64,000 nt of DNA, from positions 14,589 to 78,588 of the forward strand of contig JBHHUC010000004.1 of NCBI GenBank assembly GCA_046861395.1, read 5' to 3'. Of the stretch, positions 56,001 through 64,000 are shown piece by piece. Source of the stretch: Fidelibacterota bacterium (GTDB taxonomy: Bacteria > Fidelibacterota > Marinisomatia > Marinisomatales > JABMOV01). Numbering within the stretch: position 1 is the first letter of the stretch; every line of letters begins with the position of its first letter. Below the pieces are notes generated by a model. That model ran no database searches. It had not been told where the DNA came from and saw only the letters and a program-made list of their open reading frames with translations. The position numbers and the translations under genes are program-made.

Positions 56001-56764
56001 CAGGCATTCTCATTTTGCAATTCATCCACAATCTGGTTCCCTTTCCACTGGGGATGCAGCATCCAGTTCAGAATGCTCCAGGTAACAAAAATCAAATAGA
56101 CGGGAAAAATGATCAACCCTTTCCAGATGGTCATGGCAACCAGGCCAAGCAGAATACCAATCAGTTTCAGGCTGTTCAATGTACTGACTTTAAATGATAA
56201 AATCGGAAATTTACTGAAGCGGATATTACTGACCATGAGGATGCCCATGATCATGGTGAGAAATATACCAATCCTCGGGTCGCCGTATGTATCAAATACG
56301 GCTTTGGAGAAAATGGTATAGCTGAACAGGCCGATAGCAGTAAGCGGGGTTGTTAGGCCAATGAAAAACGGAAGAGGAGTGTCGTTTTGAATCAGATTAA
56401 ACTTTGCCAGACGAATCGTGCCAAACAGTATGGGCGTAAAAGCCACGATTCCGGCCAATATAGTCGGTAATCCATCCACCCATGTTACATAGATCAGAAT
56501 ACCCGGTGCGACGCAAAATGAAATGGTATCGGCAAAGGAATCAAATTCCGTCCCAAACTTGGAGGGAATTCCGATCATCCGGGCTAGTTTTCCATCCACG
56601 GCATCCATCATGCCGGCAAAAATCACCAACCAGGCAGCGATGGTTACCGATCCATAGAGCAACTGGGTAATGGCCATGAACCCCAGAAACATATTCAATA
56701 CGGTAAAAATGTTTGGGATTACCCGTTTACCCTGAATCCGTTTAAGTTGTTTTTTTCGTCTCAT
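56000..56764 (-). CDS. pssA: CDP-diacylglycerol--serine O-phosphatidyltransferase
   Basis: IPNIFT, DAVDGKLAR...G-EFDSFADTISF, RLAKFN; adjacent to psd. Confidence 0.92.
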   Translation of the reverse strand: MRRKKQLKRIQGKRVIPNIFTVLNMFLGFMAITQLLYGSVTIAAWLVIFAGMMDAVDGKLARMIGIPSKFGTEFDSFADTISFCVAPGILIYVTWVDGLPTILAGIVAFTPILFGTIRLAKFNLIQNDTPLPFFIGLTTPLTAIGLFSYTIFSKAVFDTYGDPRIGIFLTMIMGILMVSNIRFSKFPILSFKVSTLNSLKLIGILLGLVAMTIWKGLIIFPVYLIFVTWSILNWMLHPQWKGNQIVDELQNENA

Positions 56765-57405
56765 GACCATTCTCCTAGAATCGTTTCCCCGCCGATGACT
56801 TTATCACCAAGTTGAATAAAAAGGGTCGCACCTTCGGGTAAGAATATATCGGTACGGGAGCCGAACATGATATAGCCAAAACGGTCTCCCCTACCTACCG
56901 TATCACCGGGATGCAAATAACAGAAAATCCTTCGCGCAATCAAGCCGGCAATCTGCTTTACACGGACTATCCCCTGTTCGGTGGAAATGACAATATCGGA
57001 TTGTTCGTTTTCATCCGAAGCCCTGTGATCAAAAGCCGCCAGGAATTTCCCCTTGCGATAGTCCACCGATTTGATTTCTCCCCTGCAAGGCATCCGGTTG
57101 GTATGAACGTTGAATACATTCAGAAAAATGGAAACCAGGACAGCATTAGGACCAACTTCGGGATCATCCACTTTTTCAATACGAACAATCTTTCCGTCGG
57201 CCGGGGCCAGGATTACATTTTCATTTTCCGGGACAAGGCGCAACGGGTCACGGAAAAAATTAAAGCAAAACAATACATAGGCCAGCAATACGATTGCCAA
57301 ACCGCGTAACCAGGGCGAGGGAACATACTGATCCGTGATAAGCGTCATCGCCAAGATCATCAATCCTGGTAGAATAATGCGATTTCCTTCCGGGGCGAGT
57401 CGGAT
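56761..57405 (-). CDS. psd: Phosphatidylserine decarboxylase proenzyme (PSD-A type)
   Basis: FFRDP, APADG, IFLNVFNVH, QIAGLIARRI, FGSRTD self-cleavage motif. Start placed at ATC 57405 (see findings); first canonical start is TTG 57363. Confidence 0.9.
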   Translation of the reverse strand: MRLAPEGNRIILPGLMILAMTLITDQYVPSPWLRGLAIVLLAYVLFCFNFFRDPLRLVPENENVILAPADGKIVRIEKVDDPEVGPNAVLVSIFLNVFNVHTNRMPCRGEIKSVDYRKGKFLAAFDHRASDENEQSDIVISTEQGIVRVKQIAGLIARRIFCYLHPGDTVGRGDRFGYIMFGSRTDIFLPEGATLFIQLGDKVIGGETILGEWS

Positions 57406-57406
57406 A

Positions 57407-58504
57407 TCAGTCCTCGTTAATCTTACCCAGTTCCAGTTTTACTTTTTTTCGCTTCCCATCCCGGTAGATTATCAATGTGATTTTGTCACCTGGACGCATG
57501 TCTTTCTTCTCTATCGCTTTAAAAATATCGTTGGCGGAGGTAATTTCCTGACCATTGACACTTTCGATAACATCTGCCGGTAGTAAACCGGCACGTTCGG
57601 CGGTGGATCCGGATTCCACCTCCACAATGATGACACCTTTTACAAAGGGAATGTCAAGATAACCGGCAATTTTTCGAGTCAGGGGCTGAACATGGAGTCC
57701 GGTGGAAAAACTGCGATCAATTCGGCCGCTGTTCTTCAATTCTTTGGCAATCTCCCGGGCCTTGTTGATTGGAATGGCAAAACCGATTCCGATAGATCCC
57801 TTTTCATAATCAGAGCCGGTATAAATAAATGTATTTATACCGATCACTTCGCCATGGGCATTCACGAGCGGACCGCCGCTGTTGCCGCTATTGATGGAAG
57901 CATCGGTCTGAATCATATCCTGGAAAATTTGTCCTGAACGTTGTTTACCAAAATTCATATGCAAGGCACTGACAATTCCCACCGTGGCCGTAGGTTGATC
58001 GGCGACCTCGAAAAGTCCGTAGGGATTACCCAAAGCAATAACCCATTCCCCGATCATCAAATCATCGGAATCTCCCAAGCGGGCATAGGGAAAATCACGG
58101 CCGTCCAGTTTCAGTAAGGCCACATCTGTCACTTTATCAGACCCGACGAGTTCTGCCATATAATCTTCACCACCCGGCAAGGTAACAATTATTTCAAGGG
58201 CATTTTCAATTACATGATAATTGGTGAGTACATAACCATCGGGACTGATCATAATACCTGAACCAGAACTCTTCACACGCTGGCGATGGATCGAATTGGG
58301 GAAGAAATAGCTGAAAAAAGGATCAATATACGGCGACGGTCCGGCAAATTCCTTGACCGCGATGACATTAATGCTGGCCACTGCGGGACTGACTTCCTCA
58401 ATGGCTCGGGTAATGGCAGTACGCCGGGATTGTTCAATCAATTGTCCCGATACTACACCAAGGAAAGCCAATAATAATATGCAGCGATTGTTAATGGTCT
58501 TCAT
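57407..58504 (-). CDS. HtrA/DegP-family serine protease with one PDZ domain
   Basis: Catalytic triad TNYHV / TDVA / NSGNSGG, C-terminal PDZ, signal peptide. Confidence 0.93.
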   Translation of the reverse strand: MKTINNRCILLLAFLGVVSGQLIEQSRRTAITRAIEEVSPAVASINVIAVKEFAGPSPYIDPFFSYFFPNSIHRQRVKSSGSGIMISPDGYVLTNYHVIENALEIIVTLPGGEDYMAELVGSDKVTDVALLKLDGRDFPYARLGDSDDLMIGEWVIALGNPYGLFEVADQPTATVGIVSALHMNFGKQRSGQIFQDMIQTDASINSGNSGGPLVNAHGEVIGINTFIYTGSDYEKGSIGIGFAIPINKAREIAKELKNSGRIDRSFSTGLHVQPLTRKIAGYLDIPFVKGVIIVEVESGSTAERAGLLPADVIESVNGQEITSANDIFKAIEKKDMRPGDKITLIIYRDGKRKKVKLELGKINED

Positions 58505-59231
58505 AGGATACTCTGATCAGAAATAATCCTTCAGCAGGAGCTTTATAAATCCTGGCTTGTTCGCGAGGTTTGTGTAATAAATTGATTAATGCTGTCACCG
58601 TCATTTTTTCCTGTGCTGCAGCCACCATCGTTCCGACCATATATCGCACCATGTGGTGCAAAAAACGGTTGGCAGCCACCTCATAAGTTAACATTTTCCC
58701 CGTTATTGTCCATGTGGATTGAAAAACCGTACAGCGGGTATGATCCAAGTCTGGATTTTTCTTACTAAATGACAGGAAATCGTGATCACCGACAAAGTGT
58801 TCGGCCAGGTGATTCAACCGATCTACCGGTAGGGGCTTTTCCAGCCAGGCCTGATAACGAAACAGAATGTTTTCACCGGTATAAACCTGATAGCGATAAT
58901 GACGGGACCGGGCCGAATAACGGGCATGAAAATCATGATCCACCGGTTCGATGGACTTGATCCGAATCGTCGCTGGACAGCGGGCATTAACGGCTCGCAA
59001 CAATTCCGGTGCCTCCAGCCTGGTCATTAAATCAAAATGCGCCACTTGTCCCAAGGCATGAACTCCGGAATCTGTCCGACCGGCACCAATGACCTTTATT
59101 CTCTCACCCTGGCCCAGGGGAAACAGGGCCTTTTCGATAATATCCTGAACCGTATTTCCATTTTTCTGTGCCTGCCATCCTGAAAAGGCCGATCCATCAT
59201 ATTGAATAAGCATTTTATAGCGTTGGGACAT
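58491..59231 (-). CDS. truA: tRNA pseudouridine(38-40) synthase
   Basis: YDGSAFSGWQ, AGRTDSGVHA, FLHHMVR. Confidence 0.96.
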   Translation of the reverse strand: MSQRYKMLIQYDGSAFSGWQAQKNGNTVQDIIEKALFPLGQGERIKVIGAGRTDSGVHALGQVAHFDLMTRLEAPELLRAVNARCPATIRIKSIEPVDHDFHARYSARSRHYRYQVYTGENILFRYQAWLEKPLPVDRLNHLAEHFVGDHDFLSFSKKNPDLDHTRCTVFQSTWTITGKMLTYEVAANRFLHHMVRYMVGTMVAAAQEKMTVTALINLLHKPREQARIYKAPAEGLFLIRVSYEDH

Positions 59232-59931
59232 AGACCATGAGTCCGGCTATTAATGTGACCATCACAAAAATCATACTATCTCCGGTCGTCCAGGGCACGG
59301 GAAAGGCCACCGTCCGGGGAAAAGATTTTCCGTAACCCCTTACCACCATCAAACGCGCGATTTCTTCGGCCCGGGTAAACTGGTGTAACAATATCCCTGG
59401 CAGGGTTCCAGAAATATCATTTACCTTGGATCGAAGAGACGACCCGGAATTCATCCCAAGGGCAGATTGCAAATCCCGGGTGTGCTGCCATTCCCGTCGC
59501 ACCGTGGGGAAAAAGCGCAGGACCAGTGATAGAAAGACAAAACTTTCTTCAACCCATCGCCAGCTCAAACCCAGTCCTGACCACAGAGTTCTGATAGCCG
59601 GTAAAAAGCGATCGGTGCATCCATAAAGTGTATAGAATCCAGAGCAAAGGAGCAGACCGGAAAACTTGGTCATGATAAGAAGTTCCTGGGTGAGAACATG
59701 GGCCAGTCGATTCCCCACAATCCCCCAGGAAATGAAGAAATAAAAGAAAGCCATGACCGGAAGAAAAAAGAAATATCCCTTTATGCGCTTCCAGAGTTTT
59801 TCACCGGTCCATCCTGCCAGGGCGGCCAGGATCATCACCGGCAGCACAAGTCCCTGCCAGGTGGATATATTGATGAGAAAAAGAATGGAAATCAGGAAAA
59901 GATAAAATCGCAGGATAGGATTAAGCTGCAT
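59215..59931 (-). CDS. ECF transporter transmembrane (EcfT/CbiQ-like) component
   Basis: MQLNP start, several TM helices, LRFFP, RAEEIARLMVVRGY. Confidence 0.75.
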   Translation of the reverse strand: MQLNPILRFYLFLISILFLINISTWQGLVLPVMILAALAGWTGEKLWKRIKGYFFFLPVMAFFYFFISWGIVGNRLAHVLTQELLIMTKFSGLLLCSGFYTLYGCTDRFLPAIRTLWSGLGLSWRWVEESFVFLSLVLRFFPTVRREWQHTRDLQSALGMNSGSSLRSKVNDISGTLPGILLHQFTRAEEIARLMVVRGYGKSFPRTVAFPVPWTTGDSMIFVMVTLIAGLMVYVPTL

Positions 59932-60575
59932 TAAAATTGAAACGCAACCGTTAAGCCCGGGCTGCCGGATAATGTAGAAACAGTCGGGACCAGCATTACC
60001 TGATGTTTCTTCAGCACCCGGGACAAGTATAAGGCATCAATGGCTGATACAAAATGGTTGAGTACAACTCCACCAATTAAAAATTTTCCGGCAATGCGCC
60101 ACTGGTCACGATTAATTCGAATTGACTCGAATCGTTTCCGATTCTTGTCACTGTCCCAGGACCAATTCCATTCTGCCGTCACAGCATAGAGATTATCCAG
60201 GTCGCGCCAGCGCTGGTGCTCTTCATTGTATGCGTCACGAGTCGTATAATTTCCGATGTCAATCCAGAATTGATCCGGTTTATCGGCAGTGGTCACCTGA
60301 GCATGATCCGCCGCCCAGCTCCGCATGGCATTGTCCTGGTATGCAGCGGCTTTCCGGCTAGTGTATATGGATACCAGGAAAAGTGTTTCGGTTAACAGGA
60401 AGGTTCGGCCCCGTTTCACCTTCCCCAGCTGAAACTCACCGGTACCGGGAATGATCAGGGATCGGATCACAGGTGAAACGGAAAAGGATCCTTTCTCTTT
60501 CGGTAGCGGATTTGCCAGGACCCTGTTCATGGCCAACACCAAAAGAATCAGGAAAAAGATTTTCGTTTTTGCCAC
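59931..60575 (-). CDS. Hypothetical exported/membrane protein
   Basis: RSLIIPGTGE motif, NHFVSAIDA, C-terminal aromatic beta-strand GLTVAFQF; probable GTG start at 60575. Confidence 0.65.
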   Translation of the reverse strand: MAKTKIFFLILLVLAMNRVLANPLPKEKGSFSVSPVIRSLIIPGTGEFQLGKVKRGRTFLLTETLFLVSIYTSRKAAAYQDNAMRSWAADHAQVTTADKPDQFWIDIGNYTTRDAYNEEHQRWRDLDNLYAVTAEWNWSWDSDKNRKRFESIRINRDQWRIAGKFLIGGVVLNHFVSAIDALYLSRVLKKHQVMLVPTVSTLSGSPGLTVAFQF

Positions 60576-62056
60576 GCAGATACTCCGATACATAAGGTTG
60601 AAATTATCGTGCACAAATAGGAAAACAATGCTCCATATTTGGCATACATTGAAAAAACGGGAAGTAGGGAAATTGTTCCCACTTTTAATGCTCTGGCCCC
60701 GATGGGAATACGAAATTGTTCCTGTCCAGTCTGGTCAATGATTCCCGAAATGCCTGTATTGGCCGATCGTACGATGGGAATTCTGTTTTCAATGGCCCGC
60801 AATTTTGCCAGTGCAAAATGCTGGTAGGGACCGGCACTGTTCCCCAAATAACCGTCGTTGGCTTCAATGGTAATGAATTTGGCGCCTCGACGGATAAACT
60901 GGCGAATTAATTCCGGGCGGCTTGATTCATAACAGATTACATTGGAAAAAGGTATTCCCTGTACATGGAATACGGTAAATTCCTTGCCGTGGGTAAAATT
61001 ACCCTGACCGAAATTCAATTTCTTCAGATCCGGAAATTTCTCCGATAGGGGAATATATTCGGCAAAGGGAACCAGTTGCAGTTTATAATATGTTTCAATT
61101 TCCCGGCCGGGATAAAAATATACGGACCCATTATAATATCGCGCCTCACCCGATTGCGACCAATCTTTATCCACCGTTCCGGTCAACAAGGGGATTCCGC
61201 TGGTATTCACTAATCGGTACAATTTCCCTCGGGTCGTTCGGTTCAGACGAATATAGGTGGGCAATGCCGTTTCCGGCCACAGGATGAGGTCCGGTTCCCG
61301 GGCAATCGCCGCCCGGTGTAAGGAATCCATGAGAGTGAACATAAAATCACGATTGGCCCGATCCCATTTTTCATTGGGATCGACATTGGGCTGGGTGACG
61401 GCAATGGTTAATTCCCGGACAGGTTCCTGTTCCTCGATTGATGCCAGGCGAAGAAACCCGTACGTCCAGCTCAGAATCAGCAGACTGGTGACGGACATGA
61501 TGTACACTTTTTTACGCGTTGTAATCATTAAGTATAGACCCACGTTCATTAACAATAACCATAATGCCAACATTCCAGGTCCGGCAATATCAATGATCTG
61601 AATGAGATAATGATGATTCGACTGGGTCAGGGCCAGGTTGGCCCAGGGAAATCCCAGGGGGCCCAGACTTCGCAGCCATTCCATGGACACCCAGTATATG
61701 GGAAACAACACAAGCGGAGTGGTAAATGATTTTCCCAGATTTGACAACCAGGCCACAGCCCCCCAGAATATGGCCAGATATAACACCGCTCCAGCCAGGG
61801 AAAGCAGAACTGGAATCCAGGAAGCGCCATTATTAAACCCGATCCAGTGAAACGCCACCAAATTCGCTGTCACCCCGGCATAACAACCGTATTTGGCACT
61901 CTGGCGGGATGATCCGTGCAGAATAATATGTAATAACGGAACAAAACCAAACCAGGCCAGAAATCCAAGATTAAGGAAGGGATGATAGGCCAATCCAATC
62001 ATCAAGCCCGTTGACGTTGCCAGCCGCCAGCGCGGGATATTATCCAGAATCGTCAT
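60548..62056 (-). CDS. lnt: Apolipoprotein N-acyltransferase
   Basis: GFPW, QPN, WPETA, KLQLVPFAEYIP, ICYE, RAIEN, NTGIS. Confidence 0.95.
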   Translation of the reverse strand: MTILDNIPRWRLATSTGLMIGLAYHPFLNLGFLAWFGFVPLLHIILHGSSRQSAKYGCYAGVTANLVAFHWIGFNNGASWIPVLLSLAGAVLYLAIFWGAVAWLSNLGKSFTTPLVLFPIYWVSMEWLRSLGPLGFPWANLALTQSNHHYLIQIIDIAGPGMLALWLLLMNVGLYLMITTRKKVYIMSVTSLLILSWTYGFLRLASIEEQEPVRELTIAVTQPNVDPNEKWDRANRDFMFTLMDSLHRAAIAREPDLILWPETALPTYIRLNRTTRGKLYRLVNTSGIPLLTGTVDKDWSQSGEARYYNGSVYFYPGREIETYYKLQLVPFAEYIPLSEKFPDLKKLNFGQGNFTHGKEFTVFHVQGIPFSNVICYESSRPELIRQFIRRGAKFITIEANDGYLGNSAGPYQHFALAKLRAIENRIPIVRSANTGISGIIDQTGQEQFRIPIGARALKVGTISLLPVFSMYAKYGALFSYLCTIISTLCIGVSAWQKRKSFS

Positions 62057-62469
62057 TACCGGGAATGAATATCCAAATATTGCTGGAGAAATATGGCGGC
62101 CGCCCGCTGATCGACCAGTGCTTTATTGTGCCCGGTCTTAATGTCCTGCTGGATTAATGATTTTTTAGCAGTGACGGATGATAACCGCTCATCCTGAAAT
62201 TCTACTGGGATGGCCAGGGTTTCCAGTAGAGAAAAAAACTTTCTGGTCCTCTCTGTCTGTTCCGTTTCCTGTCCCTTCATCCCAAGTGGTAAACCCAATA
62301 CGATCTTATTAACATCTTTATCCTGAATAATAGTCTGTAGAACTTCAAGCACAGACCTTGGATCAGAGTTGGGAATGGTTTTATACGGGGACGCAATAAT
62401 GCCCAGCGGATCGGATAATGCTAATCCGATCCGCTTTAAACCATAATCAATGCCGAGAATTCGGCTCAT
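62056..62469 (-). CDS. ruvX: YqgF/RuvX putative pre-16S rRNA nuclease
   Basis: GIDYGLKRIGLALSD, GLP, DERLSS, VDQRAA. Confidence 0.93.
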   Translation of the reverse strand: MSRILGIDYGLKRIGLALSDPLGIIASPYKTIPNSDPRSVLEVLQTIIQDKDVNKIVLGLPLGMKGQETEQTERTRKFFSLLETLAIPVEFQDERLSSVTAKKSLIQQDIKTGHNKALVDQRAAAIFLQQYLDIHSR

Positions 62470-62491
62470 TCATACGGCTCTCAAAAACAGG

Positions 62492-62803
62492 TTACTGCAG
62501 GGGTTTCGACAGATAGTTTTTGAGGATTTTACCCGGTTTGAAGTGAGTCTTTTTATGCGCCGGCACGTAGATTTCCTCGTTAGTACGGGGATTACGGGCA
62601 CGAGGTTTCGCTTTTGTCGGCTTGACTTCAAATACACCAAAATTCCGAATTTCAATCCGGACTGACTGGCGATCGTCCATGAGCATTTTCCGCATCACAG
62701 TAAAGACTTCATCCACAAACTTGGCAGATGTATCCATCGTGGCTTCCAGTTGTCTTGCTACTTCTTTGGCGATTTCCTTTTTGGTATAGGTTTTATTATC
62801 CAT
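62492..62803 (-). CDS. HU/IHF-family DNA-binding protein
   Basis: IEIRNFGVF, ARNPRT, FKPGK. Confidence 0.92.
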   Translation of the reverse strand: MDNKTYTKKEIAKEVARQLEATMDTSAKFVDEVFTVMRKMLMDDRQSVRIEIRNFGVFEVKPTKAKPRARNPRTNEEIYVPAHKKTHFKPGKILKNYLSKPLQ

Positions 62804-64000
62804 TATTGTCCTGTCCTTTCTACGTAATCAATTCCTTTTATTCGTGTGAGTTTTTTAATGATCCGATCCAATTGCCGTGAATTCCTGACTTCAATAATAA
62901 AATAGGCCGTGGATATGTTATCCCTGACTTTCAGGTCCACGCTGGAAATATTGATGTTTTCACTGGAAATACTTTCGGTCATTAATTTCAGTTTTCCTTT
63001 GTGATCTTCCCCCACAACCTTTATTCTGACTTTAAATACATCCGACCGGGCTACATCCCATTCCACGGGGACAAGCCGATCACTGTCTTCTGCCAGTAAG
63101 GGCAAACTACGGCAATCTGCCCGGTGTACCGTAATCCCTCGACCCCGTGTTACAAATCCGACCATGTCATCACCGGGAATAGGATTGCAGCATTTGGCAA
63201 ACTGTACCATGATATTGCTGATACCCTGTAATTTGATTCCCCGGGCCGAGGATCGGGCGTAATCTATGAAATCAGGCAATTCTTCCGTATTTTCAGATTG
63301 TTCCGGCTCGTCAACTTTAATTTTACGCAATACATCCCGGATGGTCAGTGTTCCATTGCCAATCGCTTCCATGAAATCGTCAACGGATTGATACCCGAAG
63401 AGAGAAAAATTATTTTTCACCGTTTTCAATTCATGATGTCGCTTTAGCCGCCGTAATGTTTTTTCCAGCAATTCATTCCCTAGTTTAACACTTTCTTCCT
63501 GGCGGATATTGCGCAAATATTTATTAATATGATTGCGGGCCTTGCTGGTCACAACAAATTTCAGCCAGCCCAGACTGGGATGCTGGTTCTGACTGGTAAT
63601 AATTTCAACCATATCACCATTTTTCAATTTTGTATTCAAGGGAACGACTTTCTGGTTTACCTTGGCCCCAATACAATGGATGCCCACATCGGTATGAATC
63701 CGGAAAGCAAAATCGATGGGGGTCGCACCCACGGGTAGCTGAATCAAATCACCACCGGGCGTAAAGACGAAAATTTCATCATTGAATAAATCAATTTTTA
63801 ACAGATGCATGAACTCGGCCGGATCAGCGCTTTCACTCTGAAGAATTTCCACGAGTTCCCGCAACCAACGAATATTGCTATCCAGGTCCTTTGTATTTAT
63901 GCCGTTTTCTTTATAACGCCAGTGAGCGGCAACACCGATTTCGGCCGTTTGTTCCATTTCCTGGGTACGGATCTGGATTTCAACCATATTTCCTTTCGCC
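62803..64000 (-). CDS. relA: (p)ppGpp synthetase/hydrolase RelA/SpoT, C-terminal part (starts beyond the window)
   Basis: EIQIRT, AEIGVAAHWRYK, TGS domain, CCNPIPGD...HRADC Zn domain, ACT domain. Confidence 0.95.
   Translation of the reverse strand, partial: AKGNMVEIQIRTQEMEQTAEIGVAAHWRYKENGINTKDLDSNIRWLRELVEILQSESADPAEFMHLLKIDLFNDEIFVFTPGGDLIQLPVGATPIDFAFRIHTDVGIHCIGAKVNQKVVPLNTKLKNGDMVEIITSQNQHPSLGWLKFVVTSKARNHINKYLRNIRQEESVKLGNELLEKTLRRLKRHHELKTVKNNFSLFGYQSVDDFMEAIGNGTLTIRDVLRKIKVDEPEQSENTEELPDFIDYARSSARGIKLQGISNIMVQFAKCCNPIPGDDMVGFVTRGRGITVHRADCRSLPLLAEDSDRLVPVEWDVARSDVFKVRIKVVGEDHKGKLKLMTESISSENINISSVDLKVRDNISTAYFIIEVRNSRQLDRIIKKLTRIKGIDYVERTGQ

Overview
A housekeeping region of a bacterial chromosome. 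Every gene except one (a thioredoxin-fold protein, 3297..3791) is on the minus strand. In transcription order (right to left): relA/spoT (5'-truncated)-HU-ruvX-lnt-hypothetical-ecfT-truA-htrA-psd-pssA-DUF4321-tatA; a bat (vWA/TPR) cluster; a SPOR protein; a ~13 kb run of abutting genes yebC-ruvC-ruvA-aminotransferase-gcvT-epimerase-ftsK-lolA-like-UPF0104-gmhB-ddl-upxY-cysS-hypothetical; tRNA-Thr/Tyr/Gly/Thr-tuf-rpmG-tRNA-Trp-secE-nusG-rplKAJL-rpoBC-rpsLG-fusA-tuf-S10-spc-alpha superoperon; a GHL10 glycoside hydrolase; hutU-hutI. The Bat cluster, UpxY, an internal duplication in RpoC and strong Shine-Dalgarno use suggest an FCB-group organism outside Bacteroidota, possibly Ca. Marinimicrobia-like (inference only). 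I found no mobile element, CRISPR array or defence island, and cannot claim a clearly new multi-gene system. The best leads are: a probable AUC start codon for psd; a Bacteroidetes-style Q-rule in most signal peptides; a UpxY antiterminator buried in a housekeeping operon whose promoter carries two palindromes; a BatC split into two secreted proteins with no adjacent moxR; an orphan, degenerate EcfT; two identical tuf cassettes; five tRNAs that all end in CA-N instead of CCA; and unusual residues at antibiotic-binding sites of RpoB and S5.
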